Positions 1 through 9,736 of a stretch of DNA of 64,000 nt are shown here, in pieces; the first letter of the stretch is position 1; each line of letters opens with the position of its first letter. The position numbers and the translations under genes are program-made. Source of the DNA: an uncultured delta proteobacterium (lineage in GTDB: Bacteria; Desulfobacterota; Desulfobaccia; Desulfobaccales; 0-14-0-80-60-11); NCBI GenBank assembly GCA_963797235.1, contig CAWCOX010000009.1, positions 205,158-269,157 of the forward strand, in the 5' to 3' direction. The notes under the pieces were generated by a model. The model saw only the letters and a list, made by a program, of their open reading frames with translations, ran no database searches and had not been told where the DNA came from.

Positions 1-2103
1 TGATTTGCTGGTGGGCGAAATGGAGTAGGTTGGCGTTGGCGTCGGTGTCGGCGTGTTAGGTGTAGGTGTGGGTGTAGGTGTGGGCGTGGGTGTTGGCGTC
101 GGGGTAGGTGTTGGCGTCGGTGTCGGCGTTGGTGTAGGTGTAGGTGTAGGCGTAGGTGTCGGCGTAGGCGCCGCGGCGCCGGCTTGAGTCACCGAGAACT
201 GCTGGCCCGCTACGGTAATGGCCCCAGTTCTAGCTGTGGTGGCAGTGTTCGACGCCACAGTGAAGGTCACCTGCCCGGAGCCGATGCCGCCCGTACCCGC
301 AGTGAGGGTGATCCATGAGGCGCTGCTGGCAGCAGTCCACGAAGCGTTGGTGCTAGCAGTGACATTTACAGTGCCTGAGCCACCCGCCGCAGTAAATGAT
401 TGGCTGGTGGGGGAAATGGAGTAGGTTGGCGCAGGTGCCGGCGCAGGTGCCGGCGCCGCTGCCTGCGATTGCACGGCCCCTATGTCTACACTGGATGAAG
501 AAACCGGATCGCCCAGGAAATCCTGAGTCAGGAAGACGTAGAGGCCGGCACCAATGCAGGGCGAAGTGTTCTTCAAATGGTAGTCAGTCCCAGGATTAAC
601 AAACTGTGGGTCCGCGTTAACCGATCTGCCGTCCCAGCCGGTCCCAGACCGCCAGCTAGTAAAGTTAAGAGTGTTGCCTTGGTTGGAAAATAATGCCCCC
701 GTGTTGGGATAATAAGCATTCTGGTCCAGAATATTCTGTCCCAATGAACTATCCACACGAACGTGAGCAATGCGGGGATTGTAAGAGATGTTGTTCTTAA
801 CGATATAAGAATCAGTAAGGGAGAAAAGAAAATAGCTAACATCAGCATTAATAACAACATTGTTGTAAACGCCGCTGCTGATGTTCTGCGCGCGGTTAAG
901 CATGATACCACCATAAGGAAGACCGGCCATCATACAGCCTGGACCGGTACCGCAGTTCTCGATCACGTTGTAGGCAATGGTGACGCTGCATGTGCCCACA
1001 TCTTCACCACCATGAAATATGCCTGTTCCTATTACATCGTGGATATAGTTATAGCGGATGACATTATTTGTGCCTGTAAACCCATTTGAATACCATAGGT
1101 TTATTCCACCATATTGATCACAGCGTCCACTTATTTCATTATGTTCAATAGTCGAGTTTGTAAGATTTTGACAAGAGACGCCGTCCCTATCAGTACCTGG
1201 ATAATCCCCAGTTATCCACTCATTAGAGTGGGTTATTTTGTTCCGTTGGAAGATAACCCCGTCAAAATAACCACCACTATTTATCTCGAAATAGATGTTG
1301 GTACCGCAATAATCAAAGGTGCAGTCCTGAACCACCAGTCCGGTAACGGCACCGGAAGAATTGGTTCCAAACTTGATAGCGGCAGTCATGTCCTTAAAAT
1401 CACACCTTTGAATGGTGATGTTATGGAGGATGGGATTCCCTGCATAACCGCCAAAAATCATGTCCCCGGTGAACATGATGTCTTGAATTATGTAGTTAGA
1501 GGCATTCTGGTAGAAATTGAAACTCGAATAATTTGACCCTATTCGCACCACATGGCTGCTGGCGGCTCCAGTGGTAGGATGGTAATAGAGCTTAGTACCA
1601 GACAATCCCCATTGTCCGACGCCTGGAGAAGTAGCATTATCTGCAGTTCCTAAATAATGCCCATCTTCCAGCAAACAGGTCGTGCCGCCGTCAACGGTCG
1701 CCGTATAGATAGGACCGCTGCCTGACCAACTGCTGACTATAGTATCGGCATTGCTAATGACCGGCTTAGTGCCAACCCCGGGGCTAACCGGACCGGCACT
1801 GTAGGAACCGAGGGTAATAGGATGTCCATCTGAGGTAGTTTGGCTGGCATAGCATATCCATTTGCCATAGACATTCGTGGTCCCGCACTTGAACAGGACA
1901 ATATCGCCTGCGGCCAAGGTGCGGCCACAAGCATAATCAGCAGTCTTCCAGGGACTGGCATAGGTGCCTTTACCAGTAGAATCATTTCCTAGATCGGCGT
2001 CGACATAATAAGTTGCCGCCCAGGAAGAAGTTGCAGATATGGTCAAAAGGGAGAGAAGGATAACAACAAAAAATGAAATTAACGATAAATTGACTTTTTT
2101 CAT
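1..2103 (-). CDS. Secreted right-handed parallel beta-helix (pectate-lyase fold) protein with Ala/Pro and Pro/Thr linkers and tandem BACON-like Ig domains. The C-terminus lies beyond the window edge.
   Basis: My hand translation from ATG 2103..2101 (SD GGAGA upstream) is stop-free to position 1 (701 codons). It is absent from the ORF track, presumably because there is no in-window stop. Signal peptide MKKVNLSLISFFVVILLSLLTISATSSWA. Beta-helix rungs NITIQRCDF, VVQDCTFDYCG, NNVIRYNYIHD, IAYNVIENCG, YIVKNNISYN. End cap DYHLKNTSPCIGAG. Then YSISPTSQSFTAAGGSGTVNVTASTNASWTA...ARTGAITVAGQQFSVTQ (BACON-like), a (PT)n linker, and a second YSISPTSKS copy at the edge. Confidence 0.8.
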   Translation of the reverse strand, partial: MKKVNLSLISFFVVILLSLLTISATSSWAATYYVDADLGNDSTGKGTYASPWKTADYACGRTLAAGDIVLFKCGTTNVYGKWICYASQTTSDGHPITLGSYSAGPVSPGVGTKPVISNADTIVSSWSGSGPIYTATVDGGTTCLLEDGHYLGTADNATSPGVGQWGLSGTKLYYHPTTGAASSHVVRIGSNYSSFNFYQNASNYIIQDIMFTGDMIFGGYAGNPILHNITIQRCDFKDMTAAIKFGTNSSGAVTGLVVQDCTFDYCGTNIYFEINSGGYFDGVIFQRNKITHSNEWITGDYPGTDRDGVSCQNLTNSTIEHNEISGRCDQYGGINLWYSNGFTGTNNVIRYNYIHDVIGTGIFHGGEDVGTCSVTIAYNVIENCGTGPGCMMAGLPYGGIMLNRAQNISSGVYNNVVINADVSYFLFSLTDSYIVKNNISYNPRIAHVRVDSSLGQNILDQNAYYPNTGALFSNQGNTLNFTSWRSGTGWDGRSVNADPQFVNPGTDYHLKNTSPCIGAGLYVFLTQDFLGDPVSSSSVDIGAVQSQAAAPAPAPAPAPTYSISPTSQSFTAAGGSGTVNVTASTNASWTAASSASWITLTAGTGGIGSGQVTFTVASNTATTARTGAITVAGQQFSVTQAGAAAPTPTPTPTPTPTPTPTPTPTPTPTPTPTPTPTPTPTPNTPTPTPTPTYSISPTSKS
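27..171. repeat. Degenerate hexanucleotide tandem repeat (GGYGTR)n encoding the (Pro-Thr)n linker of the beta-helix protein
   Basis: Runs of ggtgtaggtgtgggtgtaggtgtgggcgtgggtgttggcgtc... read directly. They translate on the minus strand as PTPTPTPT... Confidence 0.85.
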
Positions 2104-2877
2104 GGCAGTTCTCCTTGATGTCTGAGGCTGCCAGCAAAAGTCGCATTACCGCTTGGAAATAATGCTTTCGGCGTTGCCTCAGGTTTGGTAACCCGGCCAT
2201 CTTGCCTCAACAGCAAGACCCGTGGCTTTGCGTCCCATCCTTGCGAATGGTTTGCCCTTGTCACCCTGAGCAGTCGTCAGATAATTGCACCATTTGAACT
2301 CTCCTTGTTCGTTAGGTGGGTTATATTAGGAAGGTACTCGTTAGCCGGCTCAAAAGGGGCAATTTTCTGATAAAAAAACTTGCGCCTTATTTTAAGCAAT
2401 CGGTTCTTTTGATTCCCGACTTAAATTTATGATCATTTTTGATTATATCCTTTCTACTCCATTTGAATGGGTCGAGTAAATCAGGGTATTCCCGTTTTTC
2501 CCCCTCCAATTCCCTGGTTTTTGAATTAATTTGCGGTGGAAAACTTGAAAAAGGAATTGAGAATGATTAAAGTAAAATTTAATTTGCTGAAAAATGGCCA
2601 GGCAAAATTAGCTATTTTTCCAGTAAGTTATCTCTTTGAGAGGATTGTCCGACCGGCGGTGGAAAGGGTTCCAGGAAGACGAAATTCCCCTGCGAAACCA
2701 TAAAATTCTTTAGAGATCAGCATTGCGACCCTGAAGATTGCATGGTGCTTTGGCAGCCAATATCGTGGGATAGTGGCAGGATGGGGTGAGTGAGTCAACC
2801 ATAGGGGAGAAGAGAAGCTCAGGGTCCGGTTTCTTAGGCGTTCGCCGGCCTCCAGATACTGCGCAGGCAGTGCCTCA

Positions 2878-4383
2878 TCACTTTTCCATGAACTGGGGCA
2901 GCAGGGGAACTAATAACCTGGTAAAGGAGATGAGCCGTTCCCGGGCCGCTTGGACATCCGGTGTGGCTGGGGTGACCAGTCGGATAAGGGCGCCGTCCGC
3001 CCGGCGGCTAAAGAGGCTATCATAGCTGAGATAGAATTTATTGAAGTATTCGCTGGTCAGCCAGCGCCCGCGCTGCAGGTACCAGTAGTAAACCAGATAC
3101 TTGGTTCCTCCCTGATCCATCAACATCGATCTCACCGGCAACCCCGGGGCCACCTCTGTGATTCCGGATTCCACCAGACTCCAACCGCTCCCGGTGAGGC
3201 AGGTAAAGGGAGAGTGGACGGAGCCGTGGCCCTTCTGGTTTTCATAATAGGCAATCCACAACGATACCGAGCCCTGCGTGGCAGCCTGGAAATCCACATT
3301 CAGATAGGCGTTCGCACTGGTAGCCTCAAACATAGCTGGATCGATATAAGACCGCTTGCCATGCCAGGGACCTAATTCCAGGGGAAACTTATCAAAGCTC
3401 TGCCGCAACGGCACCGGAGAAATCTTTCCTGCAGTCTGGCTGAGATAACCGGCCCCCAGAACCATGAGTATCGCCACCAGCAGGGGAGCGACAAAAGCTG
3501 GCCTGGCGTTACTCAACCTTTCAGTGGGGGGCGCTTCTTGGACAGCGAAGGCCTCGGTCTTGGGCCGGCGCCAGGAAAGGAGCCAGTTCAACAGAGCTAA
3601 GAAGGCGAAACAGAATAAAAAGATGAGCCAGCCGGAGAAGCCATGCCAGAATCCCTCCTGCAGTGCCGGAAAGATCCCCATGGCTGCGACGCGCAGGGCA
3701 TTGGCAACGATCGCCGCCGGAATGAGAGATAACAACAGGAGCGCCGCCTTCCAGGGACGGCGCTGATAGAAGTAGCAAAAGATGATTCCCAGGGCCAAAA
3801 GGGCCAGGATATATCGCAGGCCGCTGCAAGCTGAGACAATTTGCAACTGCCTGACTCCCAGATCAATGACGTTCCCTTGCCGCACTGCGGCTATGCCCAT
3901 CATCTGCAAAATTTCCGTGGCCAGACTGGAAGAGAGCAATTGCAGCGGCAGGGTTACCTGGCGCATCAGAAATTGGGGCAAGGGAATCGTGAGAAACAGC
4001 AGGAGCAGAGGAAATCCAAGGAAGCGAACCAACTTCCAGCCGCCCATAAGCATCATCACGCCGGCAAGTGACACTATGAGTGAGACGGCAGGACTATAAA
4101 TGTCGGTAGACAATTCTCCAAAAATATACAAAGCCAATCCCAGGGCTAAAACTATCAGCCCTACCCATGACGGCTGCCACGAAATCCGGCGAATTTGCGG
4201 CCATTTCAGATAAACGATGTAGGCGCTCACTAACGGCAGTAAGAGCCCGAAAGAATAGTCTTCATCGGTCAGGAGCGTATTAGTCAAAATGCTCAATACA
4301 GGCCAATAAGCCCAAATCAGAGCAATTACCAGGAAGGCGCCGAGGGTTTCTGGAATTGAGAGAGACTTATTCTTGAGGTTCAT
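2878..4383 (-). CDS. Exosortase (XrtA/EpsH-like) fused to a C-terminal EpsI-like periplasmic domain
   Basis: 501 aa with a polytopic N-terminal half. Exosortase catalytic motifs IVSACSGLRY (Cys), ANALRV (Arg) and FWHGFSGW (His). About 190 aa of soluble C-terminal EpsI-like domain. Sits in a PEP-CTERM EPS locus. Confidence 0.85.
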   Translation of the reverse strand: MNLKNKSLSIPETLGAFLVIALIWAYWPVLSILTNTLLTDEDYSFGLLLPLVSAYIVYLKWPQIRRISWQPSWVGLIVLALGLALYIFGELSTDIYSPAVSLIVSLAGVMMLMGGWKLVRFLGFPLLLLFLTIPLPQFLMRQVTLPLQLLSSSLATEILQMMGIAAVRQGNVIDLGVRQLQIVSACSGLRYILALLALGIIFCYFYQRRPWKAALLLLSLIPAAIVANALRVAAMGIFPALQEGFWHGFSGWLIFLFCFAFLALLNWLLSWRRPKTEAFAVQEAPPTERLSNARPAFVAPLLVAILMVLGAGYLSQTAGKISPVPLRQSFDKFPLELGPWHGKRSYIDPAMFEATSANAYLNVDFQAATQGSVSLWIAYYENQKGHGSVHSPFTCLTGSGWSLVESGITEVAPGLPVRSMLMDQGGTKYLVYYWYLQRGRWLTSEYFNKFYLSYDSLFSRRADGALIRLVTPATPDVQAARERLISFTRLLVPLLPQFMEK

Positions 4384-4473
4384 AAGTTAGGTGTCTTGGG
4401 ACAGGGACCACTTCTGAAAGGGTGGACCTGTGGGCTCTTAAGACGCCCCCTCGATGAGCCTTCAGTTAGAGTC

Positions 4474-5607
4474 CTACGTCTTTATCAGCCTGGACCACCA
4501 TCTTTTCCGGTTTTGGGGCTGAGCATTGGGGTCGGGGTTCTCGAACGGTTCGTAACTGTGACGCATATGGTTAGCCTGGATTGGCTGGATTGAGTCAAGC
4601 GGTTGTTTTTCCAGTAATTTAGTTAAGAGCGGCACCAGTTGGCTGGTCATCTCCAAGACCATGCCTTCCAGCCGGGATAGCCGCGCCCCCAACTCGTCCA
4701 CAGTGCTCCGCAACCCGTTATCTGGAATCGAAATCGCGCTACTGGCGGCCTCAGGCAAGGGCGCCAGTTCTTCCTGGGTAGTGGTATCCGTTTGTTCCGG
4801 GCCTTCCAGGCTGCCGCCCTGGGCGGCGATTACCGTATCGATGAATTCTCCGTCGATTTCCTGGCGGCCCTCGGCGAAGCCGGCCACCAGGGCCAGGTCG
4901 CACCAGGCATTCAGGCGTCGGGGCACCCCTTGGGTATATTCGAATAATTTGTCCTGGGCCGACTCCGTAAAGATGCCGCTGCCCCCGGCCCGGGCCAGGC
5001 GAAAGTTGATATACTCTTTGGTTTCCTGCAAATTCAAGGGATTCAGATGATAGTGCACCGACACCCGCTGGGCCAACTGCCGCAGAGCCGGGTGGCGCAG
5101 GCGCTCCCGCAATCCCGGCTGGCCCACCAGGATTACCTGCAAAAGTGGTTCTTTTTCGGTCTGGAGGTTCGATAAAAGTCGGATTTCTTCCAAGGCCTCC
5201 GGGCTCAGATTCTGGGCCTCATCCACCAGCAGGACGACATGTTCGCCCCGGCCATAGGCGTTGAGCAAGAACTGGTTAAAGGCTGACAGTCTGGCGGTGC
5301 GGCTGGAGTAGTGGCCCCGCACCTCGAATTCCCGCAGCAATACTTCCAGCAGATCACCGGCAGCCATGGCCGTCTGGTAGAGCACCCCCAGCCTTTGGTT
5401 TTTTTCCCGGGATCTTAATATCGACTTGAGTAAGGTGGTCTTGCCGGTACCCACTTCCCCGGTCAGCACCACAAAACCCACCCGCTGATTGATGCCGTAC
5501 TCCAGGTAGGCCCTGGCCAGTTTGTGTTGAGGGCTGAGATACAAAAATTCGGGGTCCGGCACCAGATTAAATGGGCGTTCCCGCAAATTGTAAAATTCTT
5601 CATACAT
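4474..5607 (-). CDS. PEP-CTERM-locus AAA ATPase (ExeA/GspA-like secretion ATPase)
   Basis: Walker A LTGEVGTGKTT, Walker B VVLLVDEAQ. It holds the conserved position between the BY-kinase and the exosortase, matching the pepcterm_ATPase family context. Confidence 0.8.
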   Translation of the reverse strand: MYEEFYNLRERPFNLVPDPEFLYLSPQHKLARAYLEYGINQRVGFVVLTGEVGTGKTTLLKSILRSREKNQRLGVLYQTAMAAGDLLEVLLREFEVRGHYSSRTARLSAFNQFLLNAYGRGEHVVLLVDEAQNLSPEALEEIRLLSNLQTEKEPLLQVILVGQPGLRERLRHPALRQLAQRVSVHYHLNPLNLQETKEYINFRLARAGGSGIFTESAQDKLFEYTQGVPRRLNAWCDLALVAGFAEGRQEIDGEFIDTVIAAQGGSLEGPEQTDTTTQEELAPLPEAASSAISIPDNGLRSTVDELGARLSRLEGMVLEMTSQLVPLLTKLLEKQPLDSIQPIQANHMRHSYEPFENPDPNAQPQNRKRWWSRLIKT

Positions 5608-5648
5608 ATTGTTTAGCTATTTAAACAGGGGCAGTTTGAATCTTTTTT

Positions 5649-6548
5649 TCACTTCGCGTCTCTCGGCCGGCGCGGATAGTAATAGCCCAGGTAATGCCCT
5701 GAATCCGAAGCCTCTAAGGTTTTATTAAGAACGAAACCGAGCACCTTGAATTTCTTGAGCATCTCCTGGCAGTGCTGGATACTTTCCTTGGGAGTCTTGC
5801 CGGCTTCAGCCACCAGCACGATGCCGTCCGCCAGGGGCGCGAAGGCCAGGGCGTCCGCATAAACCAATAACGGCGGCAGGTCAAAAATAACATAGCGATT
5901 GGTGTAGAAATGCTTCAATTCCTGGACCAATTCCCGCATTATGGGTGAATTCAGCAATTCCGCGGCCTGGGTGGCCGGCCGGCCCGCGGGTAAAATAACC
6001 AGCTTGCCGAGGCCCTGGGGATGAATCAGGAGTTCACTGAGGGGGACCCCGCTGGTCAGATAATCCACCATTCCCGGCATATTCCCCAAACCTAAATAAT
6101 GGGTTATGGAAGGCGAGCGTAAATCGGCATCCACCAGGAGCACCGTATGGTTCAGTTCATGGGACAGGATAATGGCCAGATTGATGGCTGTCAGGGTCTT
6201 CCCTTCTCCCGGCAAGGCCCCGGTAACCATCAGAGTATTATGGTCTGCTTCGCCAGTGCGCTGCAGGACGTGGGTCCGCAACACCTTGTACTCTTCGATC
6301 ACCGTGGAGCCTGCTTCCCAGCCTCCGGCGATGATCCGGTTTCGGCGTAAAACCTCAGGATCCACCGCCACCGTGCGGGTGACGGTATAGTCGATATCCT
6401 CCGGAACTATGAGGTCCTCGGTCAGACTCGCATCCGCGGAGAAAGGCGGGAGAGGAGCAGGTTCGGCAGATCGGGAAGGAGATTTGGGCTCAGGTTCCTT
6501 TTTCCGAACGCCTTTGGCCTTTTCCAGTGCTTTATCGATAAATCCCAA
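5649..6548 (-). CDS. Exopolysaccharide tyrosine autokinase (BY-kinase, PEP-CTERM locus type)
   Basis: Walker A GALPGEGKT, Walker B VLLVDADLR, C-terminal Tyr cluster HYLGYYYPRR. Confidence 0.85.
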   Translation of the reverse strand: MGFIDKALEKAKGVRKKEPEPKSPSRSAEPAPLPPFSADASLTEDLIVPEDIDYTVTRTVAVDPEVLRRNRIIAGGWEAGSTVIEEYKVLRTHVLQRTGEADHNTLMVTGALPGEGKTLTAINLAIILSHELNHTVLLVDADLRSPSITHYLGLGNMPGMVDYLTSGVPLSELLIHPQGLGKLVILPAGRPATQAAELLNSPIMRELVQELKHFYTNRYVIFDLPPLLVYADALAFAPLADGIVLVAEAGKTPKESIQHCQEMLKKFKVLGFVLNKTLEASDSGHYLGYYYPRRPRDAK

Positions 6549-6598
6549 GATGATCCCCTCAAGGTGGTTGAAAAGTCAGGGAGACTGACTGATCCAAA

Positions 6599-8353
6599 TC
6601 AGGTGTATTTATGCATCAGGCGCAGAAGCCTGGCGGTTAGAACCCAAAGATCCATATATAAAAAATGAAATAGCATTAGTCCCAGGAGCAAACCAAGCCC
6701 GATTGCCGTCCAGATAAATCGCCGTTTATGTCTGTGTGCGCTTTCGTCTTCCGCGATCCCGATCCGAGTTATGCTCCCCAATACCGGGAAGCCGGTGAAA
6801 GAAGCGAGCTCATCGGCATTGTTCAGCGAGTGGTCCATCTGTTCGGCCAGGGCCACCGCGCCCACGCCGGCGCCCATACTCAATACGAAGCCGGCCAAGA
6901 TAATGAGCCACCTATTGGGCTTGACCGGCTTCTGAGGATAGCTGGCCGGATCGATGAGGGTAAACTTTTCCCCTTTCTGATGCTCTTCCATGCCCTCGGA
7001 AATGCGCGCCTCCATGATTTTGTTCATCACTTCCTGATACTTAGCCGTTGAATTGGTGTAGTCCCGCTGCAAGGCAAAATATTCCTGCTCCAATCTCGGA
7101 GCCTGTTCCAGGCGCTGGTTGAACATTTTGAGCTTGTCTTTCAAGGCTTCCCGCTGTCTTTGCAGAGAAGCTATTTCATTTTTGGTGGTCTCAATTTGGG
7201 TGGTCAGGTTGATATAGGCGGGGTTATCGGGGACGTTTTTCACCGCCTTGCTGGGTGCAGACTTATCCGGTTGTTGCTCCAATCGGGCGATCTCATTTTT
7301 AAGTTTGCGGATATCCGGATGCTCGGCGGAATATTTGCCCTGCTTTTCAGCCAGTTCGGCCTTAAGCTGCGCCAGTTTTTCCTGTTTTTGGGAGGAGCCG
7401 CCGCTCTGTGACTTCTCAAGTTTTTCCAGTTCCGCCATCTCCCGCTTGGTCTTGCGAATATCCGGATAGTCGTCGGAGAACTTGGATTGGAGGTCCGCCA
7501 GTTGGATTTGCAAGGCCCGGAGACGGGTCTGGGGGTCCGTGACCCGCTCGCCCGAAGGGGCTACGGGAGTTTCCGGCTTGACCGTAGCCAACTGGCCTTC
7601 CAGGTAGACTCGGCGATCTTCATCAGCCCTGATTTGATTGTCAATTTGTTTGGTCTCTTGGTCGAGACGCACCGCCTGAGCCTGATTAAACCCTTGGAGT
7701 TCGGGCTGATTGCCTTCGTGCTCTTTCTTGAAGGCAGTGATCTTGGCGCCTATGGCCTGAATGCGCTCTCTCAACTCCTTGGATTCGGCTTCCAGAAATT
7801 GGGTGGTGGTCTTGGCCTGAGCTTCCCGAATCTTCAGATTCTGCTCCAAGTACAGGGAGGCCAGGGTGCCGGCGACCTTCTGGACGGTTTCGGGATTCTT
7901 GCCGCGATAAGAGATGGAAAAAGCGATGGTGATCGCGGATTGACCGGGATGGGCTTGCTTTTGCCCCCCCGCACCCACCTCGGCACTGATGGTTTCCAAC
8001 TTGATGTCGTCCCGCATCTTTTCGAGAATTTCTTCTCGGGTATATTTTTCTTGCATTTCGGAGTAGAGCTGGAACTGCTGAATGATTTCCCACAGTTTGG
8101 TTCGGGAGAGGATCTGCTGGGTGAGACTTTGGATGCGTTGGTCGGCAAAGCCGGTTACCGTGGACCGGACGAACTCCGGGGGGATCTGTTGGTCTTCGAT
8201 GAGAATGGTAGTTTTCGATTCATAGATGGCGGGTAATAAAAAGGCGATCGCGGTTGCCAAGATAAGCAGGACCCCGAAAGGGACAACAAAGAACTTTTTC
8301 CTTTTTAAGAAAATAGCCCAAACATCTCTAACATCTTTTACCTGTTCTGTCAT
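6599..8353 (-). CDS. Polysaccharide chain-length determinant (Wzz/GumC-like, PEP-CTERM locus type)
   Basis: 584 aa. N-terminal TM FFVVPFGVLLILATAIAFLL, a long coiled-coil periplasmic region, and a C-terminal TM WLIILAGFVLSMGAGVGAVAL. Confidence 0.85.
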   Translation of the reverse strand: MTEQVKDVRDVWAIFLKRKKFFVVPFGVLLILATAIAFLLPAIYESKTTILIEDQQIPPEFVRSTVTGFADQRIQSLTQQILSRTKLWEIIQQFQLYSEMQEKYTREEILEKMRDDIKLETISAEVGAGGQKQAHPGQSAITIAFSISYRGKNPETVQKVAGTLASLYLEQNLKIREAQAKTTTQFLEAESKELRERIQAIGAKITAFKKEHEGNQPELQGFNQAQAVRLDQETKQIDNQIRADEDRRVYLEGQLATVKPETPVAPSGERVTDPQTRLRALQIQLADLQSKFSDDYPDIRKTKREMAELEKLEKSQSGGSSQKQEKLAQLKAELAEKQGKYSAEHPDIRKLKNEIARLEQQPDKSAPSKAVKNVPDNPAYINLTTQIETTKNEIASLQRQREALKDKLKMFNQRLEQAPRLEQEYFALQRDYTNSTAKYQEVMNKIMEARISEGMEEHQKGEKFTLIDPASYPQKPVKPNRWLIILAGFVLSMGAGVGAVALAEQMDHSLNNADELASFTGFPVLGSITRIGIAEDESAHRHKRRFIWTAIGLGLLLGLMLFHFLYMDLWVLTARLLRLMHKYT

Positions 8354-8398
8354 GATTTTCCTAAAGCCACTGCGTTAAATTTGCCCCCGCCATCGCCT

Positions 8399-9727
8399 TT
8401 AGTAAAGTTGGAAGGGGATTTTGCCAAAAGGCGAAAGGGGCCCAAAAGGCCCAAAAGGCGGTCTTTCTCTCCCGGTCACCGTGGCCGGCTGAGTCCCTAT
8501 GGGGGTGGGTGCTTTCTTTTCGCTGGCCACGGCCAACCGGGTATAGGTCAGCATTAAAAAAACGGTCTGGGCATTGGCGCTTTTGCCTAGGTTTGGATCA
8601 TCCCGCAGGCCGAATTGATATCCGGGCGACAGGTTTATTTCTTCGGTCAAACGATAGGTTAGCTGGGGAGTGACGCCGATAAAATCTCTCTCTAAAGCCA
8701 TTGTTGCTGGGAAATTTGGTTGCTTAGAGAATAGCCTCCGCTCAGGCTTCCGGACAATCTGTCAGTGAAATTATAACTCAGGTTTAAATTAATCTGATTC
8801 GTATCCGAAATGCTCCCCTCGGCAGAAGCGGCTTGGTTTCGAGAATACCCTCCACTCATAGAGAATTTATCAGTCCAGCGGTGAGTGAACGACAGGTTGA
8901 TGAAAGGACTGGGCGTCGTTTGCTGCACCTTTGCCTGCCTTACTGAGGCAAAGAAGGGAAATTGCGAGAAGTCCAGCACCTGGGTATTAAAATCCATGAA
9001 ATGAAATATTGATTCCACCTAAAAGATTGACCTGCCAATCCGGGGAGAATTGATGCGTCCCGCCCAGCTGAAATCCCAAAGACTTAAAATCGTTATCTTC
9101 GGATGGGTACCGCGAATCTTGGGCTGAAAAATTCCCGATCAGCGTAGTCTTCTCGTTTTTGAGTTGCTGCTGCAAAACCAACCCTACCTGCTGCGAATAG
9201 TAATTCGAAAACTGCTGAGCCTGATAGTCAACTTTATTGTAATTATAGTTCACCGTGGCGGACAGGCGCTCGGTCAGGGCATAGGTTAGCCCCGGGCCCG
9301 CTTGGATCGACGTTCGGGGAGTACGGGTCATAATCAGGCCGGAAGTGGCGAACTCCTCTTGTAAGCTGGTATCGGAGATATAGGCGGTGCTCAAGGAAAG
9401 GTTCACCCGCGGCGTCGCCTGGTACCGGCCATTTATCTGAAAGTTTTGGTCAATGTGGTCCAATTGGCCGTTACTCAAGTAATGCCGTCCGGTAAGCCCC
9501 AGCCTGCCCTGTAGTAGGCCTATATCTGTAGTATAATTGAATTCCGCCGTCGGCGCCAGGGTAAAGATATAATCAGCTTTCGGCGCCACGAAGTCGTAAT
9601 TCAAGTTGCTGTTGAACTCGGTTCGGGCGGTGACTGAAGGGACCACGGCCCAATCCGCGGCGTTCCCGACGCCGAGCGTTAAGCTCACCCAGAGCAATCC
9701 CAAGACCAGTCCCGCAGCAGAGCGCAT
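8399..9727 (-). pseudogene. PEP-CTERM-system-associated outer-membrane beta-barrel protein, split by two frameshifts (~9000 and ~8700)
   Basis: Three abutting or overlapping ORFs (8987-9727, 8692-9018, 8399-8701) read as one protein. Signal peptide MRSAAGLVLGLLWVSLTLGVGNA, then alternating beta-strand patterns rich in Y/F/N/S/G. Confidence 0.7.
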
Positions 9728-9736
9728 AGGCGGACC

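Noticed and set aside
2264-2703. Two small ORFs in the AT-rich gap upstream of the beta-helix gene. One is 46 codons (2563-2703, plus strand). The other is a 10-codon uORF with an AAGGAGAG SD (2293-2264, minus strand).
   Set aside because: They are too short, have no recognisable motif, and I cannot assess their conservation. They are kept out of the feature list.
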